Assembly (NCBI GenBank): GCA_965230535.1
Contig: OZ246010.1
Coordinates: 48,637-112,636, forward strand
DNA from: Parvicellaceae bacterium
GTDB lineage: Bacteria > Bacteroidota > Bacteroidia > Flavobacteriales_D > JAUILH01
Reading direction: 5' to 3'
Length of the DNA stretch: 64,000 bases
The notes beneath the pieces were generated by a model. It did no database searches. It was not told where the DNA came from and saw nothing but the letters and a program-made list of their open reading frames with translations. Shown here one piece after another: positions 47,630-57,398 of the stretch (position 1 is the stretch's first letter; every line of letters starts with the position of its first letter). A program made the translations under genes and the position numbers.

Positions 47630-50242
47630 ATGAATTTAGACAAGTTAACCATCAGGTCAAGGCAAGTGATCACAGAAGCTCAGAACATGGCGCTCACAGC
47701 AGATCACCAGGCGATTGATACAGGACACCTTCTGTTATCGATCTTTAAGAATGATGACAGTGTGTGGCCTTTTATCAGCTTGAAACTTGCAGTGAATTCT
47801 GACATTATAAAAAGTGCAGCAGAAAAGATTGTAGAATCCTATCCAAAAGTGTCCGGAGGCAATGTATACCTGTCTACCAACTCAAACAGAGTTGTAGCCA
47901 ATGCGCAAAAAGAAGCCGATCAAATGGGCGATGAATATGTTTCCATTGAGCATTTGCTACTCGGTTTATTGAAAGCAGGCGACTCCATTAGCAACTTAAT
48001 GAAAGACAGCGGCATTCATAGCAAGGAACTAAAACTCGCCATTGAAGAATTGAGAAAAGGCAGCAAAGTTAATTCTGCAGATGCGGAATCGACTTACAAT
48101 GCTTTGGATAAATACGGCAATAACCTCAATGAGATGGCCGAAAAAGGAAAGTTAGACCCGGTAATCGGTCGGGATGAGGAAATTAGACGCGTGCTTCAAA
48201 TCTTAACCCGAAGAACCAAAAACAACCCAATTTTGATTGGTGAACCAGGTGTTGGAAAAACAGCCATAGCTGAAGGACTGGCTCACAGAATTATTCGCGG
48301 AGATGTCCCTGAAAACCTAAAAGACAAAGTCATTTACTCATTGGATATGGGAGCGCTGGTTGCCGGTGCTAAGTACAAAGGCGAATTTGAGGAAAGACTC
48401 AAGGCGGTTGTGAATGAAGTCATCGGTTCAGATGGTGATATCGTTTTATTTATTGACGAAATCCACACCCTTGTTGGTGCTGGCGGCGGGCAAGGCGCCA
48501 TGGATGCGGCCAATATTCTGAAACCGGCATTAGCCAGAGGCGAGCTACGTGCAGTTGGAGCCACTACTTTGGATGAGTATCAGAAACACTTTGAGAAAGA
48601 CAAGGCTTTGGTTAGACGTTTTCAAACCGTATTAATTGATGAGCCAGATACTGAAGACGCCATCTCAATACTCCGTGGAATTAAGGAAAAATACGAGAAC
48701 CATCATAAAGTCATGATCAAGGATGAAGCCATCATCACGGCTGTAGAATTGTCTCAACGATATATTACCGAGCGATTTTTGCCAGATAAGGCCATAGATT
48801 TGATTGATGAGGCCGCTTCCAAACTGAGAATGGAAATCAATTCGAAACCAGAAGAACTGGACGAGATTGAAAGAAGAATTATGCAGCTTGAAATTGAACG
48901 AGAAGCCATTAAGCGTGAGAACGATCAGGTAAAACTGGATCAACTTGGACAGGAGCTGGCAGAACTCAACGACAGAAAAACGGAGTTTCTATCTAAATGG
49001 GAATCTGAAAAGACCATTCTCGACAATATTCAGTTGAACAAAACGGCACTTGAAGACTATAAACTTCAGGCAGAACAAGCAGAACGTGAAGGTGATTTTG
49101 GAAAAGTTGCAGAGTTGCGATACGGAAAGATTGTTGAGACAGAACAAGCACTGGAGGATTTAAAACAAGACCTTATCAACATGCAGAGTCAGCATAAAAT
49201 GATTAAAGATGAGGTGGACTCTGAAGAGATTGCTGATGTGGTTTCCAAATGGACAGGAATCCCAATGAATAAGATGGTCGAATCTGAACGTTCCAAGCTT
49301 TTGAGACTCGAAGATGAGCTGAGAAAGCGTGTCATTGGTCAGGAAGACGCCATTGTAGCTGTGTCTGATGCGGTTAGAAGAAGTCGTGCCGGACTTCAGG
49401 ACCAAAAGAAACCAATTGGTTCTTTCATCTTTCTTGGCACTACTGGAGTTGGGAAAACCGAATTGGCGAAAGCCCTCAGCAATTTCCTCTTCAATGATGA
49501 GAATGCCATGACCAGAATAGACATGAGCGAATACCAGGAGAGACATACGGTAAGTCGATTACTGGGAGCGCCTCCGGGATACGTTGGCCATGAAGACGGC
49601 GGTCAGTTGACGGAAGCGGTTAGAAGAAAGCCCTACTCCGTTCTCTTGCTCGACGAGATCGAAAAAGCACATCCTGATGTATTTAACATCCTTTTACAAG
49701 TACTGGATGATGGGAGATTAACGGATAACAAAGGTAGAACGGTCAACTTCAAGAACACCATTATCATCATGACATCCAACTCGGGAGCCCATATCATACA
49801 AGAACAAATGGCTCAGGATATTTTGAATGAAGAACCTGTGAATAATGGCAAAACAAAGGCTGCTGTGATGGAAGAACTCAAACGATCTTTCAGACCGGAG
49901 TTTTTAAATCGTGTAGATGAGATCATTATGTTCAATCCTTTAGACAGAGCAGCCATAAAAGAAGTTGTTAAAATCCAACTTGAGATACTTAACGATCAAT
50001 TGGCTCACAACAATATTTCGCTCAAGGCCAGTGAAGACGCTATTGACTGGTTGGCACAACTGGGATACGACCCTCAATATGGAGCAAGACCGGTAAAACG
50101 TGTTATTCAAAGGAAGGTTCTTAACGAATTATCTAAAGAATTATTGGCCGGAAAGGTTAATACCGAGGAAACAGTTGTACTAGATGTATTTGACAATAAA
50201 ATGATCTTTAGAAAAGAGGCAGAATTTGAAAAACAGGCTTAA
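47630..50242 (+). CDS. clpB: ATP-dependent chaperone ClpB
   Basis: Clp_N domain, two AAA+ modules (GEPGVGKTAI, GTTGVGKTEL), and a long coiled-coil M-domain. 870 aa. Confidence 0.95.
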   Translation: MNLDKLTIRSRQVITEAQNMALTADHQAIDTGHLLLSIFKNDDSVWPFISLKLAVNSDIIKSAAEKIVESYPKVSGGNVYLSTNSNRVVANAQKEADQMGDEYVSIEHLLLGLLKAGDSISNLMKDSGIHSKELKLAIEELRKGSKVNSADAESTYNALDKYGNNLNEMAEKGKLDPVIGRDEEIRRVLQILTRRTKNNPILIGEPGVGKTAIAEGLAHRIIRGDVPENLKDKVIYSLDMGALVAGAKYKGEFEERLKAVVNEVIGSDGDIVLFIDEIHTLVGAGGGQGAMDAANILKPALARGELRAVGATTLDEYQKHFEKDKALVRRFQTVLIDEPDTEDAISILRGIKEKYENHHKVMIKDEAIITAVELSQRYITERFLPDKAIDLIDEAASKLRMEINSKPEELDEIERRIMQLEIEREAIKRENDQVKLDQLGQELAELNDRKTEFLSKWESEKTILDNIQLNKTALEDYKLQAEQAEREGDFGKVAELRYGKIVETEQALEDLKQDLINMQSQHKMIKDEVDSEEIADVVSKWTGIPMNKMVESERSKLLRLEDELRKRVIGQEDAIVAVSDAVRRSRAGLQDQKKPIGSFIFLGTTGVGKTELAKALSNFLFNDENAMTRIDMSEYQERHTVSRLLGAPPGYVGHEDGGQLTEAVRRKPYSVLLLDEIEKAHPDVFNILLQVLDDGRLTDNKGRTVNFKNTIIIMTSNSGAHIIQEQMAQDILNEEPVNNGKTKAAVMEELKRSFRPEFLNRVDEIIMFNPLDRAAIKEVVKIQLEILNDQLAHNNISLKASEDAIDWLAQLGYDPQYGARPVKRVIQRKVLNELSKELLAGKVNTEETVVLDVFDNKMIFRKEAEFEKQA

Positions 50243-50262
50243 GAAAAGTATCTTCGAGAGCT

Positions 50263-51816
50263 ATGAAATTTTTGCTCCAAAGAAGATCAATTATTATTTT
50301 AAGTCTAATTAGTTGTCTTGTCGGTTCGGGGTTTAATTTAAACGCACAAACTCCGAACCGACCAAGACCTTCATCTATTGTTGAATACGAGTTCAAAAAC
50401 TTCTCTACCAGTACTTCCGGAGACTATTTACTGGCTCCCTTTTCATTTGCTACCATTAACAAGCCTAAGCCCAGCTTAATGATTCTAGACAATGATGGGT
50501 ACTTGAAATGGTATATGACCAGGGAAGATGGCGTACTTGGAAACTTTAACTACTTCCCTAACGAAAACAAATACACCTTTAACCATAGACAATCTCTTGT
50601 CCCCGGCGTACCAGGTCATTTCATTGTTTTAGATGACAACTTGAATCTGGACGACTCTATCACCACAACTGCAGGGATTGATCCTGATTTTCATGAGAAC
50701 AAATTACTTCCCAACGGAAATTGGTTGATTTCAGGCAAAACGGACAGCATTGTTGATTTGAGTGCTCACAATTTTGCAGGAACTCAGGGATCTGCTACCA
50801 CTTCTATCAGAGCTTATCTTATTCAGGAGTTTGATCAAAACAAAAACCTGGTCTTTCAGTGGAACAGCAACGACTTTATTGATCCAACTGAATGCTATTA
50901 TGCGCATTATGGGTATGATGCCAACGATTATGACTATTGTCACGGAAACGCCATTGAGAAAGACACAGATGGCAACTATCTGATTAGTTTCAGGCATTTA
51001 AACTCGGTTTACAAGGTTTCTGCGACAGACGGCCACATCATTTGGAGACTGGGTGGAAAATCGAGTGATTTTACTTTTGTGAATGATCCGGGATTCTCCG
51101 GTCAGCACGACATTAGACGACTCCCGAATGGTAATTATACCATCTACGACAATGGCAACATGTCTGGCCCCCCAAAAAAATCAAGAGGTGTAGAATATAC
51201 TTTGGACACTGTGAATTGGACGGCTACCAAAGTTTGGGAATTCGACTACTCCCCTTCTTTCTTTGCACTTGCCATGGGCAACCATCAAACAACGGCCAGC
51301 GATCTCCACTTCATTAATTATGGTTTTAACAGGAATACATCTCTCAATACCATTCTGGTGGATCATTCCAACACCATTTTATCTGAAATACACTTAATAG
51401 ACTCAGCACAAATCTACCGGGCTTATTATCAGGAACAGAGTATTAACCTGCCACAATTTAATGTCCAATGTTTTGATTCTGCTGGTACTCATTACCTATC
51501 GGCACCAAACGGATACAGCAATTACTTGTGGTCCAATGACGCGACCGGGCAGGTCATTCCAATTACGGCTATTGGAGATTATCAGGTATATGTTGATTAT
51601 GGAGACGGGATGCTGGCTTCTCTCCCTTTTCATGTGAGCGATCTATCTGATCCTTGCAATACCAACTCCATTTGGGAAACGACGAGAGACCGTTCTGAAG
51701 AAATTGAAGCTTACTTTGATTTAAGCGGACGGCAAATAAACAGACCAGAACCCAATCAAATCTATATTGTCAGATATAAAAGCGGACGTGTAGAAAAGAG
51801 GTTCTTTATTGACTAG
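50263..51816 (+). CDS. arylsulfotransferase (ASST)-like beta-propeller protein, secreted
   Basis: Signal peptide. 'CHGNAIEKDTDGNYLISFRHLNSVYKV...IIWRLGG...GQHDIRRLPNGNYTIYDNGN' is typical of the ASST family. Possible T9SS-like tail. Confidence 0.55.
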   Translation: MKFLLQRRSIIILSLISCLVGSGFNLNAQTPNRPRPSSIVEYEFKNFSTSTSGDYLLAPFSFATINKPKPSLMILDNDGYLKWYMTREDGVLGNFNYFPNENKYTFNHRQSLVPGVPGHFIVLDDNLNLDDSITTTAGIDPDFHENKLLPNGNWLISGKTDSIVDLSAHNFAGTQGSATTSIRAYLIQEFDQNKNLVFQWNSNDFIDPTECYYAHYGYDANDYDYCHGNAIEKDTDGNYLISFRHLNSVYKVSATDGHIIWRLGGKSSDFTFVNDPGFSGQHDIRRLPNGNYTIYDNGNMSGPPKKSRGVEYTLDTVNWTATKVWEFDYSPSFFALAMGNHQTTASDLHFINYGFNRNTSLNTILVDHSNTILSEIHLIDSAQIYRAYYQEQSINLPQFNVQCFDSAGTHYLSAPNGYSNYLWSNDATGQVIPITAIGDYQVYVDYGDGMLASLPFHVSDLSDPCNTNSIWETTRDRSEEIEAYFDLSGRQINRPEPNQIYIVRYKSGRVEKRFFID

Positions 51817-51821
51817 GCAGG

Positions 51822-52364
51822 TCAATCATTCATTCTTGACTTCAGGATAGATACGGTTTTCTCCTGAATCTCTGACCAATCCTGATCGTTTATTTTCCCT
51901 TTGGGAATTATAAGTATGCTGTTACCGTTTAGGTCATTCATCATGATATAGGTGCTTTCCAAAAAGAGTTGACCATTTTTATCCCATTCCATCAATTTTA
52001 TCTCTTTCCTGAATTTCACCTCAATTCCGAGTTTATCAACAGTAACCTGAGCACTTCCTTTATCAGCGAGTTCTTTAACAAAAGTGATCACCTTTTTCTT
52101 CCTGTTTAAAGCAAAAAAGTATGCCAGAATTAACACAAAAGACACAATTATAGTAAGCGCCCAGGAATAGCCGTACTCCTTTCTCACCATCGGCTCCTTA
52201 AGCGTAAAGAAAATCGAGATGGCAAGCATCAGCAACAGAAATCCTGTTAGAAACTTAATTAGTTTACCGTTAACAGGTGAAGACCAAAGACTTTTATTTA
52301 CTTCAGGATAGAGTGGATAATAATCTTCAAAATCATTATCCATTTGAAAAACCAACTTCTCCAT
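51822..52364 (-). CDS. hypothetical membrane protein (2 TM plus a small C-terminal domain)
   Basis: 180 aa. Contains 'FLTGFLLLMLAISIFF' and 'ALTIIVSFVLILAYFFAL'. Confidence 0.45.
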   Translation of the reverse strand: MEKLVFQMDNDFEDYYPLYPEVNKSLWSSPVNGKLIKFLTGFLLLMLAISIFFTLKEPMVRKEYGYSWALTIIVSFVLILAYFFALNRKKKVITFVKELADKGSAQVTVDKLGIEVKFRKEIKLMEWDKNGQLFLESTYIMMNDLNGNSILIIPKGKINDQDWSEIQEKTVSILKSRMND

Positions 52365-52810
52365 TAATCGACCAGCCGAATGTTTTTAGCAATTAATTTA
52401 AACAACCTGTTCATTTCATCAATTCGTTCCTGGGAATTTTCCAGCTTAGGTCCAAATGCACATATATAGCCCTCTCCATAATACAGAAACATGTGTCCCT
52501 TCTGCTCAAAAGTTCCAGGCTTCTGATCTTTGACATTATCATTACCAGGTGCTACCACCATACGCTCCTCATCTTCAGGAGAGAGGTATATGTGTGTAAC
52601 CATACCCTCGTCATCAATGTAGGCTCCTTTTGGCAATTTGGCTTTAAAATGGTTCTTCTGAAGCTTGAATTCTGCATCAACGAATCCTTCCAGATCATCC
52701 TTAACAACTTCCTCTTTTTCAGGAGTTTTCTCACTTGCTTCTTTATCCTCCCCACAAGAAATCAATCCCATAAAGACCAGAAGCACACTTATTTTAACTA
52801 TTTTCATCAT
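52364..52810 (-). CDS. hypothetical lipoprotein
   Basis: Lipobox 'GLISCG'. 148 aa. Confidence 0.5.
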   Translation of the reverse strand: MMKIVKISVLLVFMGLISCGEDKEASEKTPEKEEVVKDDLEGFVDAEFKLQKNHFKAKLPKGAYIDDEGMVTHIYLSPEDEERMVVAPGNDNVKDQKPGTFEQKGHMFLYYGEGYICAFGPKLENSQERIDEMNRLFKLIAKNIRLVD

Positions 52811-52841
52811 GGCTTAATCAAATGTAAGCAATTGCGCCCAG

Positions 52842-53357
52842 ATGAAAAAAGTAATCTTACTACGTCATGCAAAGTCGAGCTGGAACAATGACAGTATCAG
52901 CGATTTTGAACGCCCGTTGAACAGACGGGGCAAGCTTTCCTGCAAGTTTATGAAGGAAAGACTGTGGGCCCATATTGATGATGACTTTTGTGTGTTGTGC
53001 AGTTCTGCCAAGAGAACCAGGCAAACAGCCAAGCACTTTTTCAAAGATTATCCGAATGGCAAACCGGAGATTCGCTTCCAGGATGAGTTGTATCATGCCA
53101 ATCCGGACGATATTCTGAATATTTTACATGACTGCACTAACGAGTTTGATACCTTAATCGTGATTGGACACAATCCGGGACTGAGCCAACTATCATACGT
53201 GCTAAGTGGAGAACCAAGGAATATGGTAACGGCCAATTTTGCGGTTATCGAGTTCGATTTTGATTCCTGGGATTTAATTTTTGATGGCTCTGGTGTGTTG
53301 ATAGATTTTGATTACCCTAAGCAACACGACGGATTCCTAAAGCTCCTTGATGAATAA
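52842..53357 (+). CDS. histidine phosphatase family protein (SixA-like)
   Basis: 'VILLRHAKSSW' RHG-type motif and 'IGHNP'. Confidence 0.6.
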   Translation: MKKVILLRHAKSSWNNDSISDFERPLNRRGKLSCKFMKERLWAHIDDDFCVLCSSAKRTRQTAKHFFKDYPNGKPEIRFQDELYHANPDDILNILHDCTNEFDTLIVIGHNPGLSQLSYVLSGEPRNMVTANFAVIEFDFDSWDLIFDGSGVLIDFDYPKQHDGFLKLLDE

Positions 53358-53402
53358 TGCCCGATCGAGCAATTCTAAAACCTTAAAGTTTGGTCGTAAC
53401 AA

Positions 53403-53438
53403 AAAATCCCCCGCAGATAACTACGGAGGATTTCCTTT
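53403..53438. terminator. bidirectional hairpin between convergent genes
   Basis: aaaaATCCcCCGcagataactaCGGaGGATttcctttt. Confidence 0.5.
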
Positions 53439-53454
53439 TACTAAATATGTTTGA

Positions 53455-53763
53455 TTAGCTCAATGCCTCAAGTAACTCAGCTTTCTTCATAGTTGAATAT
53501 CCGCTGATATCTTTACTTTTTGCCATTTCTTTTAATTGAGCTACTGTCATCGACTTTAGTGATGTTTCTTCAGCCGCTACCGGAGCTTCAGCTGCCTTTT
53601 CTTTAGCAGGAGCCGCTTTAGGAGCTGCTTTTTTAGCAGCAGCCTTCTTAGGTGCTTTCTTCTTTTTTGTAGCAGTAATATCTACTTTCTTCTTTTGACG
53701 AGATACGCCTGAAGTTCCTATAATTCTTTTTCCTTTCTTAGATCTTTTATCACCTTTACCCAT
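53455..53763 (-). CDS. ribosomal protein THX-like N-terminus fused to a Lys/Ala-rich tract and a Rho_N/SAP-like helix-hairpin
   Basis: 'MGKGDKRSKKGKRIIGTSG' resembles THX. 'KKKAPKKAAAKKAAPKAAPAKEKAA' is H1-like. 'TVAQLKEMAKSKDISGYSTMKKAELLEAL' resembles the Rho N-terminal motif. Confidence 0.5.
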   Translation of the reverse strand: MGKGDKRSKKGKRIIGTSGVSRQKKKVDITATKKKKAPKKAAAKKAAPKAAPAKEKAAEAPVAAEETSLKSMTVAQLKEMAKSKDISGYSTMKKAELLEALS

Positions 53764-53804
53764 GTGTATAATGTTTTAGAGGCCGTAAAAGTAAACATTT
53801 TGTT

Positions 53805-54476
53805 TTACTTTTTTTGATTTAATAAAAACTCTGCCTCAATTAAGTCACTCTTTTTAACAACTTTTTTTGTCCAATCGAGATATAAAGCCTGTTTTTCTTC
53901 CTCTGTGAGTGCCCAATCCAGGTCAGATTTTCTCAATCTTTCAGTAAAATCATACAGACAAAGTGCTGCAGAAACCGAAATATTAAAACTTTCAGTAAAT
54001 CCGTACATTGGAATTCTCACATAACCATCTGCATGTTCGAGGGCAATGTCGCTTAAACCATCCCCTTCTGTTCCGAACATCAGTGCCGTTTTTTGTGTCA
54101 CATCAATATCTCCCAAGAAATTGTCATCCGTATGTGGCGTGGTAGCCAAAACCTTGTAGCCTTTTGCTTTAAGGGCATTGATACAGTCTACCGTATTGTT
54201 CTCCTTGTCGCTGTATTTGTGAATAGACAGCCATTTAGAAGCCCCCAAAGCCACCTGAGGGTTCACCTGATACTCATTCGAGTTCTCAACAATATGCACA
54301 TCCTGAATTCCAAAGCAATCGCAAGATCTTAACACGGCACTGGCATTATGCGGCTGGTAGACATTTTCTATCATCACAGTTAAATGACGTGTTCTTTTGG
54401 CTAAAATTTCATGAAACAGCTCTTGTTTGTGTTCCGACATAAACTGAGACATGTGATTAATCAAATCTTGATTCAT
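53805..54476 (-). CDS. trmH: SpoU/TrmH-family tRNA/rRNA 2'-O-methyltransferase
   Basis: 'NASAVLRSCDCFG', 'GTEGDGLS' and 'IPMYGFTESFNISVSAA'. Start moved to ATG 54476. Confidence 0.7.
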   Translation of the reverse strand: MNQDLINHMSQFMSEHKQELFHEILAKRTRHLTVMIENVYQPHNASAVLRSCDCFGIQDVHIVENSNEYQVNPQVALGASKWLSIHKYSDKENNTVDCINALKAKGYKVLATTPHTDDNFLGDIDVTQKTALMFGTEGDGLSDIALEHADGYVRIPMYGFTESFNISVSAALCLYDFTERLRKSDLDWALTEEEKQALYLDWTKKVVKKSDLIEAEFLLNQKK

Positions 54477-54505
54477 GAGGCAAATGTAAGTACTAATACT
54501 AAAAA

Positions 54506-54538
54506 GTCCCATTTCGATAAACCGAAACGGGACCATTC
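54506..54538 (-). terminator. terminator of 54574-55512
   Basis: The minus strand reads GTCCCGTTTCGgtttatCGAAATGGGACttttt, with a G:U on the minus strand only. Confidence 0.6.
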
Positions 54539-54573
54539 ATTGTTGCTAGACGGATGTACTCTAAAGAGTCTTT

Positions 54574-55512
54574 TTAAAATCTAAAACCTAATGACATATT
54601 GGTATTGAATGCGGAAAGCGATGGCCCATCAAACCTGGGAAGAGAAATCGACTGAAATTGGTTGCTGAACAACTTGCTATAGCCAATTGTACTGCTAATC
54701 ACAAAACGTTTCCCCAGGTTAATTCTTCCTCCAATTTCGAGATAATAACCAAGCGCTTTCATATTTAACTTTCCTTCAAAAGGAGGATCGAATTGATGAA
54801 ATTCAGCTGTATGCATTCCATTCATCCCTTGAAGTCCGGTTCCCAACAAAATACCATTTGGCTTATTCATACCAATGTTTATGTAGTACCTTATTCCGGC
54901 TTGGAGCTCAGTATAGTTAGTGAAATACGACATGCTTCTTCCTCTGCCATAGCCGAATCCAACAACCATGGAAACTTTGCTGCTCAGCACTTTTTCGTAC
55001 TCCAGGTCCACAGTCGATATTTCCAACTCTGCAATTGCATTTGTACCTATCTTGATGTCGTTAGACTTAATCTCTACTTCAAGATAATACAGGGCTTTCA
55101 TCAATTTATGAAAGGAATGCTTACTGTCTCCTTCCTGAAAGAACTGCTCCTGCCCATTGCTGGTTAGTCTGTCTATATGAAAGTCTACACAGATTGCTGT
55201 ATAAAATTCAGTATCACACTCTTCTTCCCATTCTCCACACGCATTAATTGTCTTTGTACAATTAACGTCTCTGGACAAAGTACACTCGAATTTTTCAACC
55301 CTCACAATAAAGCCAGGCTCTCCCTCTTTTCGCTCTGATATCGGCTTGTACTCGTACGGATAATATTCCTTGAGCATACCAATAACACCTCCGTGATTAG
55401 GGTAATACAACACACTTCCTTTGAGTTCCTTCGAAATTTGCTGAACAAACTCATTGGCTAAGGAGAACTGAGTAATAAGACAAAAGCACAATAAACTAAT
55501 AAACCTATTCAT
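54574..55512 (-). CDS. secreted protein with C-terminal outer-membrane beta-barrel-like region
   Basis: Signal peptide, a Cys-rich middle, and Gly/aromatic alternating strands ending '...NMSLGFRF' with a terminal Phe. Confidence 0.5.
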   Translation of the reverse strand: MNRFISLLCFCLITQFSLANEFVQQISKELKGSVLYYPNHGGVIGMLKEYYPYEYKPISERKEGEPGFIVRVEKFECTLSRDVNCTKTINACGEWEEECDTEFYTAICVDFHIDRLTSNGQEQFFQEGDSKHSFHKLMKALYYLEVEIKSNDIKIGTNAIAELEISTVDLEYEKVLSSKVSMVVGFGYGRGRSMSYFTNYTELQAGIRYYINIGMNKPNGILLGTGLQGMNGMHTAEFHQFDPPFEGKLNMKALGYYLEIGGRINLGKRFVISSTIGYSKLFSNQFQSISLPRFDGPSLSAFNTNMSLGFRF

Positions 55513-55521
55513 GATTCCTGG

Positions 55522-57324
55522 CTATTCGAGTACTCTAAGCTGATTGGTCGTATCAAAATCTTCCACCAAAACAGAGTCGTTTTCAATTTCGGCAATTGAT
55601 TTGGCAATGCTCTCATCTCCGGAAGTAGCCACGTCCAGCATACATGTTTTAAGCACTTTTTCATCAGTAATACCTGCGGCTTCACATGCATCTTTTGCTT
55701 TCAAAACATCTACCCTTTTCAGTTTTGCCAAGGTAGATACGGACGACATACTTCTCGAACCATAGAAGCTATAATAGGTCTTCCCGGGAGGATATTCGAA
55801 CAAAGAGTTTTCCGGCTCTACTCTCCATGACTCACCAAATTGCTCCAGCAGTTCTTTATTGTATTTCACTTCACTTCTTCTTTCTCTCCAAACAACGTTT
55901 CCGGAAGTAAGCGTTTCCATATCATAAAAAGCATCTTCAGCATATGTCAGAACACCTGATCTGGACATAAGATCATTTCCTTCAAAGCCATCAGCATTTC
56001 CTAATAACCCTTCATAAGCGCCTGCATTGTTGGCTGCATACACTTTAGGCATGACATTCATGTACTTTTTACTCTGACTGGTAAAGAATTTGATTACTAC
56101 CTGCTCTCCTCCGGGCCACGATATTCTGTAATAATTACTGACTTTGGCCACGACACCTCCATTATGTAATCCGTAAGTCTGTCCTGGCATTAAATTCAAT
56201 GGATTTCCATTCACCCTTAAAGGGATATCGTCATAACTATCAGGGAAATTCTGAGTATAAACCGTCACTATATCTCCATTTACATACATGGCAGCAGCCG
56301 TATTTAATGAGATTGTTTTTGTTTGACTCTGACGGGTTTGAATTAAAAAAGAAGAGTTTCTTGATTTGGTTAACACGAATTCTCCAATAGCTTGCAGATC
56401 GTAATAATATCCATCGTAAGTTCTCATGTGAGGATCGCCATAGCTCTTCCCTAAACAAATCTTTCTTTTCGGGCGGTTAAAGGTTCTTCTCATGTTTTGC
56501 CAAAAAACAACCTCTTTAGGATCTCCGACAGCTCTGGCCGACTCAATTTGCTGAGTACACACATTAGAAATACTGTCTCTTGTTCTTTGTGGCAATTGTG
56601 CGACCGCCTGTGCGACCGTTAATGGCTTACCGGATTGATCCACCATCAATTCATTAAGCTCAAGCCCTGCAGCTAAGGTCACAACATTAGTGCTCAGAGT
56701 TTTTTGATCATCTAAGGGACCTCTCATGTCGGCGGTCTTACCCAATTCCTCTATTACCTGATAAGCTGAGGTTTTAGGATAGATAGGCAATTGCTTACTC
56801 AATGTTTTCTCCTTTATTGGTTTTGGCTTTGGTTGATCATCATACGTCAAAACTTTAATCGGCTTTCTTACAGGCTTATGAATACTGCTGTAATTCGAAG
56901 AACTCGGAGTTCTGCCCGAAGACGAAGAAGAATAAGACTTTGAAGAACTTTTGCTTGAGGAGTAAGAGTTGGATGAGCTCTCGGACGAGTATGAGCTTGA
57001 ACTGCTCGAAGAGCTGCGGCTTGGTGAATAGGAACTCGAAGAGCTACTGGATGACGAACTTCTGCTTGGACTATAGCTACTCGAGCTTCTGCTAGGCTTG
57101 TAGGAGCTGCTTGATGAACTGCGACTAGGTTTATAGCTACTTTTGGATGAACTGGTTCTTGAGCTACTGGAAGCACTGCGACTTGGTGAAGATTTGCTTA
57201 CAGTACTTGTTTTACTTGAAGTTCTGGAAACGCCCCTTTGCGCTATGGCCTCATTGACTGAACAGCATAGGAATACGGCAGACAACAGACCATAGCGGAG
57301 CATGGTAGTTACTTGGTTTTTCAT
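55522..57324 (-). CDS. von Willebrand factor type D (VWD) domain protein with Ser-rich N-terminal region
   Basis: Signal peptide, about 110 aa of Ser-rich low complexity, then 'GKSYGDPHMRTYDGYYYDLQAIGEFVL' carrying the GDPH motif of VWD domains. Confidence 0.65.
   Translation of the reverse strand: MKNQVTTMLRYGLLSAVFLCCSVNEAIAQRGVSRTSSKTSTVSKSSPSRSASSSSRTSSSKSSYKPSRSSSSSSYKPSRSSSSYSPSRSSSSSSSSSSYSPSRSSSSSSSSYSSESSSNSYSSSKSSSKSYSSSSSGRTPSSSNYSSIHKPVRKPIKVLTYDDQPKPKPIKEKTLSKQLPIYPKTSAYQVIEELGKTADMRGPLDDQKTLSTNVVTLAAGLELNELMVDQSGKPLTVAQAVAQLPQRTRDSISNVCTQQIESARAVGDPKEVVFWQNMRRTFNRPKRKICLGKSYGDPHMRTYDGYYYDLQAIGEFVLTKSRNSSFLIQTRQSQTKTISLNTAAAMYVNGDIVTVYTQNFPDSYDDIPLRVNGNPLNLMPGQTYGLHNGGVVAKVSNYYRISWPGGEQVVIKFFTSQSKKYMNVMPKVYAANNAGAYEGLLGNADGFEGNDLMSRSGVLTYAEDAFYDMETLTSGNVVWRERRSEVKYNKELLEQFGESWRVEPENSLFEYPPGKTYYSFYGSRSMSSVSTLAKLKRVDVLKAKDACEAAGITDEKVLKTCMLDVATSGDESIAKSIAEIENDSVLVEDFDTTNQLRVLE
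56875..57207 (-). repeat. Ser-rich low-complexity coding repeat (S-Y-K/S-P-S-R-S(n))
   Basis: 'SYKPSRSSSSSSYKPSRSSSSYSPSRSSSSSSSSSSYSPSRSS...'. The DNA is a degenerate agc/tcg-type repeat. Confidence 0.8.
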
Positions 57325-57398
57325 AATTTTTGGTTTTGGTTAACAAAAAATTAACAATTATCGTTCCAAAAATTATTGGCTCTTATCTTCCTACAATC

